DNA of 15,498 nt from Leidyana gryllorum EB-2025a (GCA_048772705.1 JBLWGC010000166.1:1-15498), one strand, 5' to 3'. Shown: positions 1 through 7,466, numbered from the stretch's first letter. Notes: generated from the letters alone by a model not told the origin. A program made the numbers and translations.

Positions 1-68
1 TCGGTCTAGTGGTATGATCCTTCCTTAGGGGGTGGAAGGAGTCCTGGGTTCGATTCCTAAAACAGCCT
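1..68 (+). pseudogene. tRNA-Pro(AGG)-like, cut by window edge, expanded anticodon loop
   Basis: Matches Pro body at 14375-14446; loop reads TTAGGGGGT; T-stem mismatch. Confidence 0.75.
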
Positions 69-156
69 TTTTGCTAGCCGCTGACGAGGGTCTGGGAGAG
101 TTGATACACGCATCCCCTGTCTCAAATACGATAACGAGTCCGCCTACCACGTCACT

Positions 157-191
157 CGACAGCTGCTAGATTCGAACCAGTGGGGCCAGGC
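157..191 (-). pseudogene. tRNA-Ser 3'-half remnant
   Basis: cgacagctgctagattcgaaccag resembles Ser copies (4845, 10126), including the flank. Confidence 0.55.
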
Positions 192-236
192 GATACTGAC
201 GACTCAGGTGTTTAAGACAGTGAGGCTGTGGGTTGT

Positions 237-309
237 GCGGTGGTGGCGCAATGGATAGCGTGTTGCCCTCCGGAGGCAAAGGTTGTGGGTTCGAGTCCCG
301 CCCACCGTT
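237..309 (+). tRNA. trnR: tRNA-Arg(CCG)
   Basis: Full cloverleaf GCGGTGG/CCACCGT; anticodon arm TTGCC-CTCCGGA-GGCAA; GGTTCGAGTCC. Confidence 0.93.
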
Positions 310-344
310 CTCGTAGTCCCGCTCAACCGTGGAATCGAGAAGAG

Positions 345-420
345 TGGCTGCCATTCGGAGCCGTGCAGACTTGCGCCATCCAAACTCAAGTTTGGCACCG
401 CAGGCCACCGCGATCTGTGC
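345..420 (-). pseudogene. tRNA-Leu remnant (body of 12489-12572)
   Basis: Shares tgcagacttgcgcc and atctgtgc with the reverse complement of Leu(CAA) at 12489. Confidence 0.6.
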
Positions 421-627
421 CGCAGTGTTGAGCTTGAGGGCTCGAAGTGCCACTGTTGAGGAACCGAGGCTGGAAAAGTTCACTTGGGTTTAGCGGATAG
501 GCGGCTATCCCAAGTGCCAGAGAGGTGACTTTGCAGGCCAAATGTGCGGGGGTCGATACCAGGTCGGGGAGCTCTCGAAAAAAGACGCCTGTGAATCATT
601 TCTATAAGTGTGTCCCCCTGCGGGCGC

Positions 628-710
628 TCACCAGTGCGTCGTTTCGATCGACGGAACTTTGGGTCATGAGCCCAACACTCTCCTCGTGTCTCTCTGAGTG
701 CTACAGCCTC
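628..710 (-). pseudogene. initiator tRNA-Met pseudogene
   Basis: GATCGAAA T-loop and TGGG-CTCATGA-CCCA arm; D-arm/acceptor disrupted; homologous to 12859-12930. Confidence 0.75.
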
Positions 711-726
711 TGTCGATCTTTCGACT

Positions 727-796
727 GCACTTGTGGTCTGACGGCAAAATGCGACCGTGCTGAGGTCGTAACGCGGACTGAGTTCCCGCAGGTGCA
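727..796 (+). pseudogene. tRNA-Gly(TCC)-derived pseudogene
   Basis: Acceptor and downstream flank match 3509-3579; anticodon and T loops degenerate. Confidence 0.7.
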
Positions 797-1005
797 GCCG
801 TATGCAAGTCGGACGACCTGTCTATCGATCTCATCTGGCATGTCAATGAGCACTCTACTCTTTGAGCTAGGGGTCTCCAGCTTAGAAGAGCTATTGCATG
901 CCCTGCTTGATGAGTGGACGATTGCCCGTTGAGAATCTGCGGAACGCTGCTGGCAAGCTCGGGTCGCACGGCTGTGAGGGATGACACCAAATGTCACAAC
1001 CTCTC

Positions 1006-1078
1006 TGCCTCGGCCGTGGATCGAACACGGGACTTCCAGATCTTCAGTCTGGCGCTCTCCCAACTGAGCTACCGAGGC
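1006..1078 (-). tRNA. trnF: tRNA-Phe(GAA)
   Basis: GCCTCGGTAGCTCAGTTGGGAGAGCGCCAGACTGAAGATCTGG...CCGAGGCA; intact cloverleaf. Confidence 0.96.
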
Positions 1079-1193
1079 GGTAGGTAGTCACGGAAGGCGG
1101 TGAGGATGAGCACCTCCCGCGGCCGTATGTGGGGCCACTGCCCGCTCAAAATGCGAGGACTTCTGGGGTTGGAGGCGGGCGTGTTTACTAGCG

Positions 1194-1264
1194 TCCGAGA
1201 TAGTATAGTGGTCAGTATTCCGCCTGTCACGCGGAAGACCCGGGTTCGATTCCCGGTCTCGAAA
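1194..1264 (+). tRNA. trnD: tRNA-Asp(GTC), damaged copy
   Basis: 1-nt deletion and acceptor mismatch relative to 14166-14237. Confidence 0.7.
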
Positions 1265-1319
1265 CGCAGGTGGTTTCGCTTAAGATTCTCTGCTTCGGTT
1301 CTCGCTGAAAGTTGCGAGC

Positions 1320-1391
1320 TACAGCCACCGAGGATCGAATTCGGGACTTCTGCGTGCGAAGCAGACGTCGTAACCACTAGACCATTGCTGC
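1320..1391 (-). pseudogene. tRNA-Val body with CGC anticodon
   Basis: Val body as in 5830-5902; loop TT-CGC-AC; 1-nt deletion and stem mismatches. Confidence 0.75.
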
Positions 1392-1454
1392 ACGGATGGT
1401 CCCCGCAGCCCAAGACATGGTCGAAGTTTCAGGGAGTAGTGAGGACCAGTTCCA

Positions 1455-1525
1455 AGGTCGCGCCGCGAATCGAACCCAGGTCGGGAGATTCAGAGTCTCC
1501 AGTGCTAACCACTCACCACGCAACC
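1455..1525 (-). tRNA. trnQ: tRNA-Gln(CTG), damaged copy
   Basis: GGAGA-CTCTGAA-TCTCC; 1-nt D-arm deletion and T-stem mismatch. Confidence 0.7.
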
Positions 1526-1710
1526 GCTTCAGCCCATCCCAGAAGAGTCGGTAGAACTATCCGGACTAGCCCTTTCTCAAATGAACACACGCAACACGAG
1601 TCTCTCTACTGACCGCTGAAATAATTAACTGGCTCCTGTACATAGCGCCCAGCGTAGAGCGCTCTATTTGAGTCGGACAATCATTGAAGCACGCTCTCCG
1701 CGAATGCTAC

Positions 1711-1792
1711 CGACAAGGGTGAGATTCGAACTCACGCGGGTGAAACCCAACGGCTTAGCAGGCCGCCGCCTTAACCGCTCGGCCACCTTGCC
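1711..1792 (-). tRNA. trnS: tRNA-Ser(GCT)
   Basis: 82 nt with long variable arm GGGTTTCACCC; GCGGC-CTGCTAA-GCCGT; discriminator G. Confidence 0.95.
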
Positions 1793-1825
1793 GAGAGTGT
1801 AACTGATTACATCTTCCCTCGGGAA

Positions 1826-1883
1826 GGAAACGAATCGGCGACCTTTCGCTTACTAAGCGAATGGTCCCCTAAGCTAAGAAGGC
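1826..1883 (-). pseudogene. tRNA-Thr(AGT) pseudogene
   Basis: Matches 12980-13051 but with D-arm deletion and lost 3' acceptor strand. Confidence 0.75.
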
Positions 1884-1951
1884 AATACAGGCCGAAGATC
1901 ACGAATCAGTCACTGTTGACGGGGATTACTGGAGCACTTCGCTCAAGTAGC

Positions 1952-2024
1952 TTCCACTGCCGGGACTTGAACCCGGATCATGCGGGTGAGAGCCGCATAT
2001 CCTAGCCACTTAGACTACAGTGGA
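1952..2024 (-). tRNA. trnE: tRNA-Glu(CTC)
   Basis: TCCACTG/CAGTGGA; TGCGG-CTCTCAC-CCGCA; intact. Confidence 0.93.
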
Positions 2025-2120
2025 CAAGTCACTGAGCCGCAGCTTTGGCCGAGAGCCGTACCCTCTTCGAAGCACCTCATAGTATGTCAGGGCCCCTGAA
2101 CGCTAGCGGGTCTGCGCAAC

Positions 2121-2193
2121 GGGCGGCTAGCTCAAATGGTAGAGCGCTCGCTTCGCATGCGAGAGGTACTGGGATCGATACCCAGGTCGTCCA
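2121..2193 (+). tRNA. trnA: tRNA-Ala(CGC)
   Basis: G3:T70; CTCGC-TTCGCAT-GCGAG; GGATCGATACC T-arm. Confidence 0.93.
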
Positions 2194-2338
2194 AACTTCG
2201 TACGGGTGCACCCACCGTATTTAAATACTCGAAGTTACGACCTTTGAAGGGCCCAAGACCACATATCACGCAGCGTGTTTGTCATGCGCGAGAGCCGTAT
2301 ACGTAGCCACTGTCTGCGGCATACCGAGTTCGACAGGT

Positions 2339-2420
2339 GGCAACTTGCCCGAGTGGTTAAGGGGGTAGACTCGAAATCTACTGGGCCTGGCCCGCGCTGG
2401 TTCAAATCCAAGAGTTGTCG
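2339..2420 (+). tRNA. trnS: tRNA-Ser(CGA)
   Basis: GTAGA-CTCGAAA-TCTAC; long variable arm; T-stem mismatches. Confidence 0.8.
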
Positions 2421-2496
2421 TGCGACGTGGTTGGAGGGGTGAACACCAACTGAAGCATGTATTTCTGAAATGATGGGAAAACAACAATGTGTCCTC

Positions 2497-2566
2497 TGCA
2501 TCTGCCGGAATCGAACCCGGGTCGTCTCGATGGCAACGAGACATTCTACCACTAGACCACAGATGC
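2497..2566 (-). tRNA. trnG: tRNA-Gly(GCC), 1-nt T-stem deletion
   Basis: Same as 4708-4778 except one missing base in the T-stem. Confidence 0.75.
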
Positions 2567-2621
2567 GTGAGACCTCCATTCCTGACCACCAAGTAATGAG
2601 TCTGGAGCGGGGGATGGTTTT

Positions 2622-2691
2622 GGGCCTATGGCCAACGTACCGCGTCTGACTCCAGATCAGAAGGTTGGGTTTTCGAATCACTATGGGCTCA
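2622..2691 (+). pseudogene. tRNA-Trp(CCA), degenerate D and T arms
   Basis: TCTGA-CTCCAGA-TCAGA intact; D-arm deletions relative to 6978-7049. Confidence 0.75.
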
Positions 2692-2729
2692 ATCAGACTC
2701 TTTTGTTTTTTCCCGTGTGAGGCTCAACC

Positions 2730-2808
2730 TGAAAAGAGTGGGATTTGGACCCACGCCCTTTCGAACTGCGACTTGAATACAGCGCCTAGACCCCTCAGCC
2801 ATCTTATC
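2730..2808 (-). pseudogene. tRNA-Leu (CAA anticodon on CUN-type body), degenerate
   Basis: Homologous to 3359-3438; T-loop TCCAAAT; several mismatches. Confidence 0.7.
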
Positions 2809-3006
2809 AGCTCGGTTCCTGTCCCGCTACTCCAAGCGTTCCCTGTCTGTTGAAGCGAGAATGGAAAAGCTGGGCTCTGAGGTTAGGGCGTGCCTCCGAC
2901 ATGGTATCAAAGTTATATTTCCGCCTGCCACGCCAACGATCGGGTGGGTACCAGCTCTGAACGCATTCATTTCCAATCCCAATGGCTTCATACACTCTTT
3001 TATTTC

Positions 3007-3074
3007 TTGGTCGTGAATGGTTAGCACTGGAGGCTTTGAATCTCCCGAGCTGGGTTCGATTCCCGGCGCGACCT
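3007..3074 (+). pseudogene. tRNA-Gln(TTG), 5' degenerate
   Basis: 3' two-thirds match 5966-6037; 5' acceptor strand lost. Confidence 0.75.
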
Positions 3075-3133
3075 CGCAACTAGTTCTACTTCTTGAAACT
3101 TCGCAACTTCTCTTGTTTCCGCAAAGCTTTCGT

Positions 3134-3206
3134 GAAGTCATGGTCTAGTGGTCACGACGTCTGCTTCACACACAGAAGGTCCCGAGTTCGATCCCAGGTG
3201 GCTGTA
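3134..3206 (+). pseudogene. tRNA-Val(CAC), degenerate
   Basis: Val body; mismatches in acceptor, anticodon and T stems. Confidence 0.7.
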
Positions 3207-3253
3207 GCTCGAATCTTTGAAGTGAGTCCCACCAAAGCGAGGAAACAGGCTCT

Positions 3254-3289
3254 CTCCAAAACAGGGCATCGAACCCGCGTCTTCCGCGT
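3254..3289 (-). pseudogene. tRNA-Asp 3'-half remnant
   Basis: atcgaacccgcgtcttccgcgt matches Asp 3' half, at the Asp position of the Asp-Val-Gln module. Confidence 0.6.
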
Positions 3290-3358
3290 CTTCAACCCTA
3301 AAAGTCTTCCTTCTCGAGAACTTCACGGACAGAAAACCTGTAAAGTGGCGAACGCTCC

Positions 3359-3438
3359 GGCAAGATGGCCGAGTGGTTTAAGGCGCTGTGTTCAGCCCGC
3401 AGTCCGAAAGGGCGTGGGTTCGAATCCCACTCTTGTGA
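3359..3438 (+). tRNA. trnL: tRNA-Leu(CAG)
   Basis: GGCAAGATGGCCGAGTGG; CTGTG-TTCAGCC-CGCAG; variable arm; 1:72 mismatch. Confidence 0.8.
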
Positions 3439-3508
3439 GCCGTTGTATTGTATTGGCACTCAGTCCCCTCACTTCACTGATATACAGGTCGTTCGACCTA
3501 TATACAGC

Positions 3509-3579
3509 TGCACCTGCCGGGACTCGAACCCGGGTTACGACCTTGGAAGGGCCGCATCTTACCCTTAGACCACAAGTGC
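3509..3579 (-). tRNA. trnG: tRNA-Gly(TCC)
   Basis: GCACTTG/CAGGTGC; CGGCC-CTTCCAA-GGTCG; intact T-arm. Confidence 0.92.
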
Positions 3580-3656
3580 AATTGCGAAAAATTTGCAGCA
3601 CCCCGAGAGACTCGGGCGATTTCTGCGTCGAGCTGTCTGCACCCTACTAAAAAAAC

Positions 3657-3712
3657 GGACTGTTCGGGAATCGAATTGAGCACTTCTCCAACTGGAGGAA
3701 TATTATATCACG
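3657..3712 (-). pseudogene. tRNA-Pro remnant
   Basis: ggactgttcgggaatcgaa resembles the Pro 3' end. Confidence 0.45.
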
Positions 3713-3805
3713 AGCACTTCAACTCGACATGCGCAGCAGTGGCCCCCATACAGCTAGCAAGCTTGCCACACGCGTCTCTCTACTGACCTTTGAAATATTG
3801 TAACT

Positions 3806-3878
3806 GACTCTGGTATCTTAGTCGGCAGAGTGTGTGATTGTAAAATGCAAACTCGGAAATCCGGGCTCTGAGGCAACC
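3806..3878 (+). pseudogene. tRNA-Asn-like remnant
   Basis: AGTCGGCAGAGTGTGTG matches the body at 14722-14794; flanks match 6136-6208. Confidence 0.5.
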
Positions 3879-3979
3879 TTCACACATACTGCGGTGCCCG
3901 AGTCTAGCCAAAGGTAAAGGGCACACTTGAAAGCTTTCAACTCTGTAGTAAAAAAGCGGCACTTGCAGACTACGAAGTT

Positions 3980-4052
3980 TGGACGACCTGGGCATTGATC
4001 CCAGTACCTCTCGCATGCTAAGCGAGCGCTCTACCATTTGAGCTAGTCGCCC
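3980..4052 (-). tRNA. trnA: tRNA-Ala(AGC)
   Basis: Intact stems; one T-loop substitution relative to 14534-14606. Confidence 0.88.
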
Positions 4053-4141
4053 TTTGTGCAGACCCCGTCGCATTTTGTTGATTCTCAACATCGTATGACC
4101 ACTCTCGCGACTGTGCTCACCGCGTTGCACGACCGACAGGC

Positions 4142-4169
4142 GGCTGTTTGGTCTAGTGGTATGATTCTT
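4142..4169 (+). pseudogene. tRNA-Pro 5' fragment at a rearrangement junction
   Basis: GGCTGTTTGGTCTAGTGGTATGATTCTT, then switches to the Asp downstream flank. Confidence 0.8.
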
Positions 4170-4186
4170 AAGCGAGATCAACTGTG

Positions 4187-4258
4187 CTCCGAGACCGGGA
4201 ATCGAACCCGGGTCTTCCGCGTGACAGGCGGAAATACTAACCACTATACTATCTCGGA
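4187..4258 (-). tRNA. trnD: tRNA-Asp(GTC)
   Basis: TCCGAGA/TCTCGGA; TCCGC-CTGTCAC-GCGGA; intact. Confidence 0.95.
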
Positions 4259-4351
4259 CGCTCCGAACACACCGGCCTGAAACCCCAAAAGTCCTTCATC
4301 TTGAGATTCCAGGGATAGAAAACGCGTGGAGCGGCGAGCCAACAACATCCC

Positions 4352-4431
4352 GGCAAGGTGACCGAGTGGTCTGAGGCGCTGTGCTCAGACCGGAGTCCGA
4401 AAGGTCGTGGGTTCGAATCCCACTTTTGTCA
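4352..4431 (+). tRNA. trnL: tRNA-Leu(CAG), damaged copy
   Basis: Leu body; D-stem and anticodon-stem mismatches. Confidence 0.65.
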
Positions 4432-4467
4432 GGTTGCGCCCCAAACGGGAAAAACATAGAGTCCGGT

Positions 4468-4535
4468 TGAGCCCACAGTGATTCGAACACCCAACCTTCT
4501 GGGAGTCAGACGCGCTACCGTTGCGCCATAGGCCC
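4468..4535 (-). pseudogene. tRNA-Trp with 4-nt anticodon-arm deletion
   Basis: 68 nt versus 72 nt in intact copies 6978 and 13884. Confidence 0.8.
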
Positions 4536-4564
4536 AAAACCATCCCCCGTTCCAGACTCATTTA

Positions 4565-4627
4565 CCGGCAATCGGCCCGCTTCTTAGGCGTGACATTCGA
4601 AAATAGTAATAACTATGCTATCTCGGA
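4565..4627 (-). pseudogene. tRNA-Asp(GTC) remnant
   Basis: TCCGAGATAGCATAG...GTCACGCC; T-arm and acceptor decayed. Confidence 0.7.
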
Positions 4628-4707
4628 CGCTTTGAACACGCCACGGACATTCCATTCGTTCAGAAAACGGCCGTTACCGTGTACGAGCTTCAACAACAAG
4701 GTGTGAC

Positions 4708-4778
4708 GCATCTGTGGTCTAGTGGTAGAATGTCTCGTTGCCATCGAGACGACCCGGGTTCGATTCCCGGCAGATGCA
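4708..4778 (+). tRNA. trnG: tRNA-Gly(GCC)
   Basis: GCATCTG/CAGATGC; TCTCG-TTGCCAT-CGAGA; intact. Confidence 0.95.
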
Positions 4779-4844
4779 GAGGACACATGGTTGCTTTTCC
4801 ACATTCAGAAATGAGTTGGTGTTTAACCCTCCAACCACATCGCA

Positions 4845-4926
4845 CGACAACTGCTGGATTTGAACCAGCGCGGGCCCGGCCCAGTAGATTTCTAGTCTAC
4901 CCCCTCAACCACTCGGGCAAGTTGCC
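4845..4926 (-). tRNA. trnS: tRNA-Ser(AGA)
   Basis: GTAGA-CTAGAAA-TCTAC; long variable arm. Confidence 0.9.
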
Positions 4927-4974
4927 GCTATCGAGCTTGGCATTTTGCAGCCAGTGGCTTCACATACGGTTCAG

Positions 4975-5048
4975 CACTGCTCGCGCCGGCACGAACCCGC
5001 GGTTCTCCCATCAAACGTCTTGCGCGCCACCGACGGAGTTGGGGCGGC
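4975..5048 (-). pseudogene. tRNA-Lys-derived pseudogene, copy 1
   Basis: 5' half matches Lys 15044-15116; 3' half decayed. Confidence 0.7.
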
Positions 5049-5131
5049 AAGGAACCTCGCGCCGGCACGAACCCGTGGTTCTCCCATCAAACGTCTTGCG
5101 CGCCACCGACGGAGTTGGGGCGGCAAGGAAG
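4980..5131. repeat. 76-bp tandem duplication (2 copies) of the Lys pseudogene
   Basis: 4980-5055 and 5056-5131 are nearly identical; CTCGC occurs at each boundary. Confidence 0.92.
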
Positions 5132-5294
5132 CTCGCCCTGTACCTGAAGAAGGCCCAAGATCCCACGATCAATACAAATGGAATTGGTTACTAAGTCCAA
5201 ATCTGTATGAGAGATCCACTCACTTGATCACGCCGACATTCCATATTTTCCAAGACGGTACGGCTCTCGGGCGAAGCCCCAACTCAACCACTCG

Positions 5295-5365
5295 TCCACT
5301 GTAGTCTAAGTGGCTAGGATATGCGGCCTCACCCGCAAGCTCCGGGCTCAAGTCCGGCAGTGGAA
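5295..5365 (+). pseudogene. tRNA-Glu, degenerate
   Basis: 6-nt anticodon loop; T-loop CTCAAGT; T-stem deletion. Confidence 0.75.
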
Positions 5366-5453
5366 GTCAGTGGTTGAGGTCAGTGGAATACTCGAGCAAA
5401 GTGCCCAGCAATCTCCGTCAATAGTGTCTGATTCGTGATCTTCGGCCTGCATT

Positions 5454-5525
5454 GCCTTCTTAGCTTAGAGGCAGAGCATTCGCTTAGTAATCGAAAGGTC
5501 GACGGTTCGATTCCGGCAGGAGGCT
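5454..5525 (+). tRNA. trnT: tRNA-Thr(AGT), damaged copy
   Basis: Several substitutions relative to 12980-13051. Confidence 0.7.
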
Positions 5526-5702
5526 TCAGTCAGGAGCCCAAACATGGTTGGGATCTCCGCCCGCATTTTCGGACGGCGGCTTGCAGACAGCACTCGACCA
5601 TCTCGCCGAAGTGTTGTTGGCTCGCCGTTCCACCCGTTTCCCGTCCGTGTAATCTCAAAATGCGAGGACTTCTGGGGTTGGAGGCCGGCGTGTTTACTAG
5701 CG

Positions 5703-5774
5703 TCCGAGATAGTATAGTGGTCAGTATTTCCGCCTGTCACGCTGAAAACCCGGGTTCGATTCCCGGTCTCGGAG
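5703..5774 (+). tRNA. trnD: tRNA-Asp(GTC)
   Basis: Full length; one anticodon-stem mismatch. Confidence 0.82.
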
Positions 5775-5829
5775 CACAGTTGGTTTCGCTTAAGATTCTG
5801 TCCTTTGGTTCTCGCTGAAAGTTGCGAGC

Positions 5830-5902
5830 TACAGCCACCGAGGATCGAACTCGGGACCTTCTGCGTGTAAAGCAGACGTCGTAACCACTAGACCATGGCT
5901 GC
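5830..5902 (-). tRNA. trnV: tRNA-Val(TAC)
   Basis: GCAGCCA/TGGCTGT; TCTGC-TTTACAC-GCAGA; intact. Confidence 0.94.
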
Positions 5903-5965
5903 ACGGCAGGTCCCGCAGACCAAAGCAAGTGGGGAGGTTTCACGAAGTAGTGAGGACTAGTTTCA

Positions 5966-6037
5966 AGGTCGCGCCGGGAATCGAACCCAGGTCGGGAGAT
6001 TCAAAGTCTCCAGTGCTCACCACTACACCACGCAACC
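5966..6037 (-). tRNA. trnQ: tRNA-Gln(TTG)
   Basis: GGTTGCG/CGCGACC; GGAGA-CTTTGAA-TCTCC. Confidence 0.92.
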
Positions 6038-6135
6038 GATTTAGCCCTTCTCAAAGAGTTGATAGAGCCATCCGGACTAGAGCTTCCCCACACATGCAAA
6101 ACGGGTTTTTCTACTAACCTCCAAAATATTCAACT

Positions 6136-6208
6136 GGCTCTTGTAGCGCAGTGGGCAAAGCGTGTGATTGTTAAATACTAAGTCGCAGGTCCGCGGTCTC
6201 AGGCACCC
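6136..6208 (+). pseudogene. tRNA-Asn(GTT)-like remnant
   Basis: GCGTGTGATTGTTAAATACTAAGTCGCAGGT resembles 14722-14794 and retains GTT. Confidence 0.6.
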
Positions 6209-6310
6209 TAGACCGTATTGCGATGCCAAAGTCTATCCAAGGGCTACAGGGCACAATCAAAGGCTCTCAACTCGGTAAATACATAGCGGCAGGTGCGGCC
6301 GTACGAAGTT

Positions 6311-6382
6311 TGGACGATCTGGACATCGATCCCATACCTTTCGCATGCTAAGCGAGCGCTCTACCATCTGAGCCAGTCGCCC
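6311..6382 (-). pseudogene. tRNA-Ala(AGC), degenerate
   Basis: 1-nt deletion and multiple mismatches. Confidence 0.75.
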
Positions 6383-6470
6383 GACGTGCAGTCCCCATCG
6401 CATTTATCGGTTGCCAACATAGCATGACCACTCTCTCGACTCTACCCGCGGATTGCACCACCGACCAGTC

Positions 6471-6541
6471 AGCTGTTTGGTCTAGTGGTATATCCTTCCT
6501 TAGGGTGGATTGAGTGCTGGGTTCGATTCCCAGAACAGCCC
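6471..6541 (+). pseudogene. tRNA-Pro(AGG), degenerate
   Basis: Pro body; D-stem and anticodon-stem lesions. Confidence 0.72.
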
Positions 6542-6616
6542 GCTTTGTTGTATCTTGACCCAACCTGCCTGGCAGCATGGTTCTGGGTTCGGGTGATTCT
6601 TCGGAGACAGTCGGGG

Positions 6617-6689
6617 GGGAGTGTAGCGCAGTCGGTAGCGCGTAGGTCTCATAATCCTGAAGTCGAGAGTTCGATCCTCTCCACTCCCA
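6617..6689 (+). tRNA. trnM: elongator tRNA-Met(CAT)
   Basis: GGGAGTG/CACTCCC; TAGGT-CTCATAA-TCCTG (T31:T39); TTCGATC loop. Confidence 0.95.
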
Positions 6690-6733
6690 GGGTCGGAATC
6701 GCAATCGCCGACAAACTCATCATGCTATCGTTT

Positions 6734-6804
6734 TGCATCTGTCGGGAATCGCACACGGGCTGTCTTGATGGCAGCGAGAGACTCTTCCACTAGACCACAG
6801 ATGC
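6734..6804 (-). pseudogene. tRNA-Gly(GCC), degenerate
   Basis: T-loop TGCGATT; related to 10727-10794. Confidence 0.75.
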
Positions 6805-6884
6805 GTGACACCTTGTTGTTGAAGCTCGTACACGGTAACGGCCGTTTTCTGAACGAATGGAATGTCCGTGGCGTGTTCAGAGCG

Positions 6885-6949
6885 TCCGAGATCGCATAGT
6901 GGTTACTATTTTCGCATGTCACGCCTAAGAAGCGGGCCCGATTGCCGGT
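6885..6949 (+). pseudogene. tRNA-Asp remnant
   Basis: Same decayed allele as 4565-4627 and 13791-13855. Confidence 0.7.
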
Positions 6950-6977
6950 AAATGAGTCTGGAACGGGGGATGCTTTT

Positions 6978-7049
6978 GGGCCTATGGCGCAACGGTAGCG
7001 CGTCTGACTCCAGATCAGAAGGTTGGGTGTTCGAATCACTCTGGGCTCA
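6978..7049 (+). tRNA. trnW: tRNA-Trp(CCA)
   Basis: GGGCCTA/TGGGCTC; TCTGA-CTCCAGA-TCAGA; intact. Confidence 0.94.
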
Positions 7050-7054
7050 ACCGG

Positions 7055-7115
7055 GGGAATCGCAAACGGGTTATCTCGATGCCAGCGAGTGAGTTTTCCA
7101 CTAGACCACAGATGC
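7055..7115 (-). pseudogene. tRNA-Gly remnant, 3' truncated
   Basis: GCATCTGTGGTCTAGTGGAA start; upstream flank matches 10661-10726. Confidence 0.7.
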
Positions 7116-7181
7116 AGAACACCACCTGTTCAATCTTGTACGTGATGACAGCCATTCCTTATAAGCCTATCGATGCATCAA

Positions 7182-7253
7182 AGCCTTCTGCCGGAATCGA
7201 TCCGGCGACTTCTCGCTTACGAAGCGAACGCTTTGCCCCTAAGCTACGAAGGC
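7182..7253 (-). tRNA. trnT: tRNA-Thr(CGT), damaged copy
   Basis: TTCGC-TTCGTAA-GCGAG; T54>A and stem mismatches. Confidence 0.72.
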
Positions 7254-7327
7254 AATGTGAGCCGGAGATAACGAAGCAATCGCTATTGACGGAGATTAGT
7301 GGCACTTTGCTCGAGTAGTCCAATAAC

Positions 7328-7400
7328 TTCCACTGCCGGGACTTGAACCCGGATCGTGCGGGTGAAAGCCGCATATCCTAGCCACTTAGACTACAGTGGA
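7328..7400 (-). tRNA. trnE: tRNA-Glu(TTC)
   Basis: Intact; loop CT-TTC-AC. Confidence 0.94.
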
Positions 7401-7466
7401 CAACATTCCACAGCGAAGGCAGCTAGAGTCAGCCACATAATCGAAGTAAACTGCTGATCATTTGGC

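Larger units (their letters stand above)
1145..1635. repeat. Asp-Val-Gln module; direct copy at about 5654-6140, inverted copy at about 8685-9085
   Basis: Genes and spacers align, e.g. ctcaaaatgcgaggacttctggggttggagg at 1145 and 5654. Confidence 0.9.
2293..3407. repeat. About 1.1-kb segment duplicated in inverted orientation at about 9137-10252
   Basis: Ser-Gly-Trp-Leu-Gln-Val-Asp-Leu order and spacers are mirrored; the spurious ORFs 2807-3079/9420-9719 and 3093-3650/9056-9412 share long identical stretches. Confidence 0.93.
4185..5525. repeat. About 1.3-kb segment duplicated in inverted orientation at about 12980-14239
   Basis: Asp-Leu-Trp-Asp*-Gly-Ser-Lys*-Glu-Thr order and spacers are mirrored. 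Confidence 0.93.
6300..7400. repeat. Ala-Pro-Met-Gly*-Thr-Glu segment inverted at about 10440-11235, with an extra insert at about 6805-7052
   Basis: Gene order and spacers are mirrored. Confidence 0.88.

Noticed and set aside
500-572. Possible tRNA-Cys(GCA) remnant
   Set aside because: Only a vague TTGCAG loop and GGTCGATACC are present; the stems do not fold and there is no intact reference copy in the window.
6978-7049. UGA-reading tRNA-Trp with a 4-bp anticodon stem (Blastocrithidia type)
   Set aside because: The stem is a full 5 bp (TCTGA/TCAGA).
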